DNA from: Desulfobacteraceae bacterium | GTDB lineage: Bacteria > Desulfobacterota > Desulfobacteria > Desulfobacterales > Desulfobacteraceae | DNA: 52,860 bases | Direction: 5' to 3' | NCBI GenBank assembly: GCA_029939535.1 | Contig: JAOZST010000003.1 | Coordinates: 1-52,860 of the forward strand | Shown: in pieces, positions 28,778-35,351 of the stretch | Layout of the letters: each line of letters begins with the position of its first letter | Numbering within the stretch: the stretch's first letter is position 1 | The notes under the pieces: generated by a model | What the model was told of the DNA's origin: nothing | Databases searched by the model: none | What the model saw: the letters and a program-made list of their open reading frames with translations, nothing else | Position numbers and translations under genes: made by a program

Positions 28778-30850
28778 ATGAAGTTGGGATTTCGTGGTAA
28801 AATATATCTGGGTTTTTTTTCTTTATTATTGATCCAGGGCCTTGTGATTTTTTTCTGGATCAGCCAGGTCATGAAAAGTTCCATGCTGGAAGAGATAAAA
28901 AATCAGGGGATTTCAACAGGAAGAAATCTTTCAGCCCGAATGGTAGAACCCATGCTGGCCATGGATTTTCTTAGGATGAAGGTCCTGGTGGATGAAACCG
29001 TGGAATTGAGTGATGATATATTTTATGCCTTTGTTATGGATGAAAAAGGTGATCCAGTTATCCACACATTTACAGATGGTTTTCCAAAGGAACTGAAAAC
29101 AGCGAACTCTGTTTTGGCGGGGCAGAAAGGTTCCATGCAGATTCTGGATACTGGCACAAACTTGATCTATGATTATGCAGTACCAATTTTTATCAATGAT
29201 AATCGACTGGGAACCCTGAGACTGGGCCTTTTTCAAACAAGGGCTGAAAAAGCTGTTAATAAAATTATGATTTCAGCTGTTGTAACAATAATCCTGGCGA
29301 TACTCCTGGCAGGTGTCGTGGGAAGCCTGCTCCTGAATCCCGTGACCAAAAGTATTAAAAAACTGCACGAATCGTCTGAACAGGCTTTGCGGGGAAATCT
29401 TGATGTCAGAACTGCTCCCATGCTGAAAAAAAACTGCTGGGATATTATGGAATGTGGTCAGAAAGAATGCCCGGCATATGAGAATTTTCATCACAGGTGC
29501 TGGTATCTGGCCGGCACCCTCTGCCAAACCTGTGTGGAAGGAGAATATGCCAAAAGGCTGGATTCCTGCCAGCAATGCCAGGTTTACAGGCAATGTTCTG
29601 GAGATGAAATTCAGAGTCTGGCAGAAAGTTTTGATGCCATGACCCTGTCTTTGAATGGTAATCTGTCTAATTTGAGAAATGCCGAAAGTATTGTAAATGA
29701 GCAAAAAACCCTGCTCCAGACAATTCTGGATGCCATTCCGGATTTCATATCCCTTCAAGATCATGAAGGCCGGTATGTTTCGGTTAATAAAGGATTTTGT
29801 AAAATGGTGAACAAAACCCATGATGAAATTGTGGGCAGAAAAAATGCTGAACTATTTTTCAAAGGCCAGGCAGAGGTTTACGATGAGGAAGATAAAGAGG
29901 TGTTTGAAACAAGGAAACCCCTTGTTAAAGAGAATAGGGTGGTAGGGAAAAAAGGGGTAAAGTGGCTGCATGTGGTAAAGATTCCTGTTCTGGAAGCAAG
30001 GGATAGAGTCAGGGGACTTGTATGCAGCGGAAGGGATATTACCCAGTTGAAAGCTGTCCAGGAACAGCTTACCCATGCCCAGAAAATAGAATCTGTGGGA
30101 CGACTGGCAGCTGGAGTAGCCCATGAAATTAATACTCCCCTTGGGATTATTCTCGGGTATGCCCAGCTTTTGCTGGAAGATGTTGAAAAGGACGGGTTTG
30201 TGTATAAAGATGTTTCAACCATTGTTAAACAGACAAAAATCTGTTCCAAGATTGTTGCAGATCTTTTGAATTTTTCCCGTTCCAGTGAAAGCAATATTTC
30301 TGAATTTAATATTAATGAAGCCATTGACGAAGTCCTGGGAGTGATTGAACATACATTCAGCATGAACCATGTTTTTGTCAGGCGTGAATATGATAAAACC
30401 GTTTTTTTGATGAAAGGGGATAAGGAGAAGCTCAAACAGGTATTTATCAATCTTTTAAATAATGCATTTGATGCCATTGAAGGACATGGCAGTATCTGTG
30501 TCAATACAGGTATGGGGGAAACTCAAAATGAGATCAAAATATCCATATCAGATACAGGTGTAGGGATTTCCAAGGAAAATATAAAAAAGATATTTGAGCC
30601 GTTTTATACCACCAAGGGTCCGGACCAGGGGACAGGGCTGGGGTTATCAGTTACCTTTGGAATTATAAAAGAGCATAATGGAAGTATAAAAGTTTTTTCT
30701 CCTCCCTTATCCCGGGAAAAAGAAGAACAGGGGACAGAATTTATTGTCCTGCTACCCTCTGGCATAAATGTAAAAAATAGTGTAAATATAAAATCCGGTT
30801 TAAATTGGAACCCTGGTTTACAGATGAAAAAGGGAGAGCTAAATGGGTAA
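28778..30850 (+). CDS. Sensor histidine kinase (periplasmic domain, HAMP, Cys-rich module, PAS, HisKA, HATPase_c)
   Basis: Two TM segments flank a periplasmic domain of about 150 aa. H-box GVAHEINTPLG. G-boxes DTGVGISKEN and GTGLGLSV. A Cys-rich 54-aa insert lies between HAMP and PAS. Confidence 0.9.
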   Translation: MKLGFRGKIYLGFFSLLLIQGLVIFFWISQVMKSSMLEEIKNQGISTGRNLSARMVEPMLAMDFLRMKVLVDETVELSDDIFYAFVMDEKGDPVIHTFTDGFPKELKTANSVLAGQKGSMQILDTGTNLIYDYAVPIFINDNRLGTLRLGLFQTRAEKAVNKIMISAVVTIILAILLAGVVGSLLLNPVTKSIKKLHESSEQALRGNLDVRTAPMLKKNCWDIMECGQKECPAYENFHHRCWYLAGTLCQTCVEGEYAKRLDSCQQCQVYRQCSGDEIQSLAESFDAMTLSLNGNLSNLRNAESIVNEQKTLLQTILDAIPDFISLQDHEGRYVSVNKGFCKMVNKTHDEIVGRKNAELFFKGQAEVYDEEDKEVFETRKPLVKENRVVGKKGVKWLHVVKIPVLEARDRVRGLVCSGRDITQLKAVQEQLTHAQKIESVGRLAAGVAHEINTPLGIILGYAQLLLEDVEKDGFVYKDVSTIVKQTKICSKIVADLLNFSRSSESNISEFNINEAIDEVLGVIEHTFSMNHVFVRREYDKTVFLMKGDKEKLKQVFINLLNNAFDAIEGHGSICVNTGMGETQNEIKISISDTGVGISKENIKKIFEPFYTTKGPDQGTGLGLSVTFGIIKEHNGSIKVFSPPLSREKEEQGTEFIVLLPSGINVKNSVNIKSGLNWNPGLQMKKGELNG

Positions 30851-31205
30851 GATTCTTGCGCTGGATGATGTTCTGGATGCAGCCAACCTGATTAAGAGGA
30901 TTCTTGAGAGAAAAGGGCATAAGGTTTTTCCTTTTACAGAAGAAGAAGAAGCCATTCGATTTCTGGAATCCAATGAGGTTGATCTGGCTATTTTGGATAT
31001 CAAGTTAAAAAAAATGAGCGGAGTTGAGGTCCTTGAAGAGTTGAAAAAAATATCTCCCTCAATTCAGGTGATCATGCTGACAGGATATCCCACCATTGAG
31101 ACAGCCAGGGAGTGTTTAAAACTTGGGGCCAGTGAATATTGTGTAAAGCCCATTGATAAGGATGAACTGGAAAATAAGGTTGCCCAGGTGCTTGGAAATT
31201 CCTGA
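30843..31205 (+). CDS. Single-domain response regulator (CheY-like receiver)
   Basis: 120 aa. DLAILDIKLKKMSG phospho-acceptor region and a conserved K in YCVKP. Overlaps the kinase stop by 8 nt. Confidence 0.9.
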   Translation: MGKILALDDVLDAANLIKRILERKGHKVFPFTEEEEAIRFLESNEVDLAILDIKLKKMSGVEVLEELKKISPSIQVIMLTGYPTIETARECLKLGASEYCVKPIDKDELENKVAQVLGNS

Positions 31206-31249
31206 CCGCTGGTATGGCTGACCGCAGTCGATTTCTTTTAAATTTTTTT

Positions 31250-32290
31250 TTAGGCTGGATCTTTTTTTGTCGTGTCTGGCGTATACGTATCGGCCATATA
31301 ATGAAAATATTTTTGTACAAATTTTCCTGAAATTGTATCGGCCAGGGAAAAGGTGAAATCAGTATCTGGCAAAAATTGTCCTGAAAAGGCCAGGAATATA
31401 GTTTGGGAAAGTTCAACAAGCATATTCTGGATTTCATGTTTGTCTTTTGAAAAACCAGGTACTCCATAAATCCTGCACCTGGCAGGTCTTGTCTCGTATA
31501 TCCTGCAGCAGGAATTATAATTAAGCGGGCAAAGAGTGTTTTCTTTCTTATATGTCTTGACAGCCCTTTCTATCAGAATATCCCTTTGAACAGATGAAAA
31601 ATGTTTGTTCATTTTTGAATGGAGATAAATTACTTCTATGAGTTGAAGATCAAAAGGTTCATGGCAACATTTATCCTCACCCCTGCCGCATTGAATATTT
31701 TCTCCTTTTGTATGATTTTGAATTTCCTCATCAATGTTTTTTATCAAAGATTCATAATCAGAAAAAAAATCGTTTAGATCCACCCTGTTTTTAATCTCCA
31801 GGGAGGGTTCCCTGATCTTAAGGATTCCTGATTTTTTACCATATTTTTTTAATAATTTCCACTGACCGTAATTGGAAGGGTTTGCATTGGATGACTTTAA
31901 CCTTTTTGAAGCTGATTTAAGGGAAAGGCCTCTGCGAATCATATAGGAAGTGACAAAGGTTCCTGTCCTTCCCACCCCGTGCCTACAGTGGACCAGAACT
32001 TTTTTGCCAAGGTAAATGGCTTCATCAAGCCAGGCCAGGGCTTCTTCCATGGCTTCCATTTTAGGAATATCCTCGTCCCAGATGGGAAGATAACAAACTT
32101 CAAAACCTGCGGACTCTTCAATATCATGGAGATCGCTGAATTCAGCGCAAAGGTTAACAATAGCATCAACTCCCTGGTTTTTTATGGACTCCAGTTCAGC
32201 AAATGACATAGGGGCATATCCAACAGCAATACTATCTGTGATCCATGTTATGGGGAATGTGGACATTTGTTCTTTTCCCAATTTTATCAC
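31250..32290 (-). CDS. Dual-specificity (Cys-based) phosphatase domain fused to a YkgJ/UPF0153-type Cys-cluster domain
   Basis: HCxxGxxR(S/T) loop VHCRHGVGRTGT at about residue 100. The C-terminal half has CGRGEDKCCHEPF ... CPLNYNSCCRIYETRPARCRIYG, the YkgJ pattern. 4-nt overlap with the upstream gene. Confidence 0.7.
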   Translation of the reverse strand: MIKLGKEQMSTFPITWITDSIAVGYAPMSFAELESIKNQGVDAIVNLCAEFSDLHDIEESAGFEVCYLPIWDEDIPKMEAMEEALAWLDEAIYLGKKVLVHCRHGVGRTGTFVTSYMIRRGLSLKSASKRLKSSNANPSNYGQWKLLKKYGKKSGILKIREPSLEIKNRVDLNDFFSDYESLIKNIDEEIQNHTKGENIQCGRGEDKCCHEPFDLQLIEVIYLHSKMNKHFSSVQRDILIERAVKTYKKENTLCPLNYNSCCRIYETRPARCRIYGVPGFSKDKHEIQNMLVELSQTIFLAFSGQFLPDTDFTFSLADTISGKFVQKYFHYMADTYTPDTTKKDPA

Positions 32291-34926
32291 CCTTCTTTTT
32301 CAATGTCCGGTTCAATGTCCGGCCTGAAATCATATCGGCCGTTCATAAAATGATCAATCATTGTTTCCATATCCTGATTTTCTTTTAGATACATATCCAT
32401 GAGTTTTGTAGTCCCCAGAAGCTGTCCGATAATTTCAAGGGTTTCTTCCATGTCCTTTAATGAACCATGCTTGAATTCAGCATCAATCAGGTCTGATTTG
32501 ACCTGGACCATAAATTTGAGCCTTGTTAAAATTCCTTTAATAAAATTAGCCCTGAGAGTTTTTCCAACAGGGTTACCGCCGCCGCCGGAAAACCTGAAAA
32601 GGATATAATTATTTTTTTTTGAAGAGGTGCAGATGGTGTCCAAAATGACAAAATGATATCCAAACCTGAAGTTTACATTTAAATACTCCTTTGACACGAC
32701 TGCATAGCTTCCAAACTGGGGTGAATCAGCAGAGATAATTCCTCCGGCCATGACGATTCGGTCATACTCTTCCCAATCAAAATGGGAGGTTTCAGACCAG
32801 GATATGCCAGGGTTTGAAAGCCCTTTCAATACCGCTTTCATGGGAAGACTGGCAATATTTTCCGGTTTTATGAACTTTTCATTTTTCTGGTGGTTGTTTT
32901 TTTTGGCATCGTTTATACCCTGGCCCACATCAAGAACATAAAAGAGCATGGGGATACCGGAGTTGAGTTGTTTTGCCCCTTTTTTCCGGCTGCCTTTTCT
33001 ATTTCCTCCTAGAAACATTTCTTTTACAGCAGTTTCATGGGTAAACCGGATAATATCATGGAGGGATCTGCATGATTCCGGTACAAAAGAGCTGTCTTCA
33101 GGATCTGTGAGTTTCAATTTTGTACAAAAATTAATTACATACTGGAGTTTGGTCATAAAGGGACTGTCTTGGAAAAAAATATCTTTTTGCCTGGAGTCTT
33201 CCTTTAGATGTTTTGTTTCTCCATCGTATACAAGGCAAGCATTGGCATCCACGGTTACCAGATTCCCCTGGACAAGATCACGAAAACCTTTTGCAATGTT
33301 TACAATGGAAGGAACCCCGAATTCCCTGGCAATGGATGCAAAATGGCTGGCACGGCTTCCAGTTTCGATAATAATGGCTTTCATTTTGTTGATTGCCGTA
33401 ACAAATTGGGGCAGGCCATGTCTTACCACAAGAACTGATCCCTGGGGAATCTGGGCTATTTGTGATAATTGCTCAAGTATGTATACTGGACCAGAACCAA
33501 TACCAGGACACACAGGCTCTCCGCCTGAACAAATTATTCTATTTTTAATATTCATTGGAATATCCGTATCCTGGGTCTGAGTTACAGTATTTTGGACACC
33601 AGGGACAGGGATATTCAAGGGCCTGGACTGAAGGATAAAAAGACTGCCGGATTGATCCTGGCACCATTCAATATCCTGGGGTTCATTAAAATATTCTTCA
33701 AGGGAAAATCCCCACCGGGCAAGGGATAGTACAGAGGGTTCATCAAGGGAAAGAATATTTTTTTGCTGTTGATTTGTATCAATGATTTTGGTCTGGCTTT
33801 CCGTCTGGCCGTCTGCCTGGCCCTTATGGGTTAAAACCATTTGCTTCAGTTTTTCTGCTGCTTTTCTGCTGACAATGGTTCCAGGCTCTTTTTTTGATAT
33901 TTTGATAAGGTCAGGAGAGACTTCCCCTTCCACCAGCAGCCCACCCTGGCCCCAGACCGAGTGGATCAATATATTGTCAGAAACAGGATCTTGAATATCC
34001 CGGGTATAGATTATCCCGGATGCTTTTGAATCGATCATTTCAAGGACCAGGACAGCCATGGGGGTTGCATCATCAAGTATGCCATGGCTGATCCTGTAAA
34101 ATAAGGCCTGGGCAGAATATTTGCTGGCAATGACCTGTTTATATCCCCGTAAAACATTCTTTTTTTCTACATTTAATATTGTTTCATACTGACCGGCAAA
34201 GGATGCTTTTCCATCCTCTTTAGCGGCGCTGCTACGGAGCGCAACCCTGAAATTGCCTTCATCATTGTTTTCAAGGCGGTAAATAGCATTATTTACTGCT
34301 ATTTCAACATCTTCGGGTATAGCGCCATTTAAGATTAATTGTTCAATTTCGAGGGCTGTTTGTTCCAAAGAGGATACGTCGCTTATATCAAGATCAGATA
34401 GCTTTTCATTAATAGGGTCTCGTAGATCATTAGCCTCCAGAAAAAAATGAAAGGCATTGGTTGTTATCACAAATCCATCGGGCGTAGGTAAGTGAAGGTC
34501 TTTATTCAAAAGGGCCAGAGCAAATGCTTTTTTGCCTGCAACGGATTCATTAAATGATGAGATCTTATCGAACTCAATGGTAAAGGGTGGTGAAAAATCA
34601 AACTCCTTTGGAGCGATCATAAATTGGATATAAAAATCAAATTTCTTAAAATAGGATTTCAAACTCCAATAGTTTGAAGGGGACATTTTTAAAAGCTCTT
34701 CAACCATATTTGACACAGAGGCGCCAAATTGCTCATAGGTTTTCACAATGGCCTGGAAATCATATTTTTTTTGATTATAATAGATATCCTCCAGGGAGGC
34801 CATGAATTCATGGGCAGCCTTGTCATGCTCCAGCAAAGCCTTAAAGGCTTCATATTTTTCCCTTAAAATTGTTCCCGGAGAAAATACCTGATAGGTCCAG
34901 TATCGGAATAAGTTTTTAATCAACAT
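32287..34926 (-). CDS. PEP-utilising enzyme family protein (ATP-grasp PPDK_N domain + swivelling phosphohistidine domain + uncharacterised N- and C-terminal domains)
   Basis: 879 aa. VALRSSAAKEDGKASFAGQYETILNV (PPDK_N nucleotide-binding domain). Swivel domain GIGSGPVYIL...IIIETGSRASHFASIAREFGVPSIV, with the catalytic His at about residue 528. The C-terminal 300 aa or so are not recognisable as a PEP/pyruvate-binding TIM barrel. Confidence 0.8.
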   Translation of the reverse strand: MLIKNLFRYWTYQVFSPGTILREKYEAFKALLEHDKAAHEFMASLEDIYYNQKKYDFQAIVKTYEQFGASVSNMVEELLKMSPSNYWSLKSYFKKFDFYIQFMIAPKEFDFSPPFTIEFDKISSFNESVAGKKAFALALLNKDLHLPTPDGFVITTNAFHFFLEANDLRDPINEKLSDLDISDVSSLEQTALEIEQLILNGAIPEDVEIAVNNAIYRLENNDEGNFRVALRSSAAKEDGKASFAGQYETILNVEKKNVLRGYKQVIASKYSAQALFYRISHGILDDATPMAVLVLEMIDSKASGIIYTRDIQDPVSDNILIHSVWGQGGLLVEGEVSPDLIKISKKEPGTIVSRKAAEKLKQMVLTHKGQADGQTESQTKIIDTNQQQKNILSLDEPSVLSLARWGFSLEEYFNEPQDIEWCQDQSGSLFILQSRPLNIPVPGVQNTVTQTQDTDIPMNIKNRIICSGGEPVCPGIGSGPVYILEQLSQIAQIPQGSVLVVRHGLPQFVTAINKMKAIIIETGSRASHFASIAREFGVPSIVNIAKGFRDLVQGNLVTVDANACLVYDGETKHLKEDSRQKDIFFQDSPFMTKLQYVINFCTKLKLTDPEDSSFVPESCRSLHDIIRFTHETAVKEMFLGGNRKGSRKKGAKQLNSGIPMLFYVLDVGQGINDAKKNNHQKNEKFIKPENIASLPMKAVLKGLSNPGISWSETSHFDWEEYDRIVMAGGIISADSPQFGSYAVVSKEYLNVNFRFGYHFVILDTICTSSKKNNYILFRFSGGGGNPVGKTLRANFIKGILTRLKFMVQVKSDLIDAEFKHGSLKDMEETLEIIGQLLGTTKLMDMYLKENQDMETMIDHFMNGRYDFRPDIEPDIEKEG

Positions 34927-35047
34927 GATGGATAATTTGTTAAGTGTTTATTGTTTGAATTCAATGACTACTCTAAGAATAGCATTGAAAACAAAAGAAT
35001 ACAAACAGGGTTTTCTAAATTTTATTGTGCAATAAAAAAAGTGCAAT

Positions 35048-35079
35048 GCAATATTTTTATTGCGCAATATTTTTATTGC
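35048..35079. promoter_or_regulatory. Two perfect tandem copies of the 16-bp palindrome GCAATA-TTTT-TATTGC (candidate activator/enhancer site)
   Basis: gcaatatttttattgc occurs at 35048-35063 and again at 35064-35079. It is embedded in a block (35031-35092) with further TGCAAT/ATTGC half-sites. Confidence 0.6.
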
Positions 35080-35276
35080 AATTTATTATTGCTATAAGTC
35101 AATCTCCTTATGTTCCAAGGCTTTCCCCGAATAATCGCATGGAATTGAATTTGATGTCGGTTTTGTTTCGGGTTTCAGTATAAATGCTGTTTTTTTAATT
35201 TTAAATAATAGTTTTTTATTTAATTCCAGATAGTTGTATTGTTACTATATTGAATTTTGGTCTGCAACAACCCTGC

Positions 35277-35292
35277 TGGCACGGTTATGGCT
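35277..35292 (+). promoter_or_regulatory. Putative sigma-54 (-24/-12) promoter
   Basis: TGGCACGGTTATGGCT has GG (35278-79) and GC (35290-91) separated by exactly 10 nt. The -24 half matches TGGCAC perfectly. The -12 half is TGGC rather than TTGC. Located 60 nt upstream of ATG 35352. A sigma-54-type activator is encoded at 42944. Confidence 0.55.
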
Positions 35293-35351
35293 GTATATAT
35301 TTTGAGCTGTTCATATAAACAGAATAATATTTGCTAAGGAGGCAATAAAGT

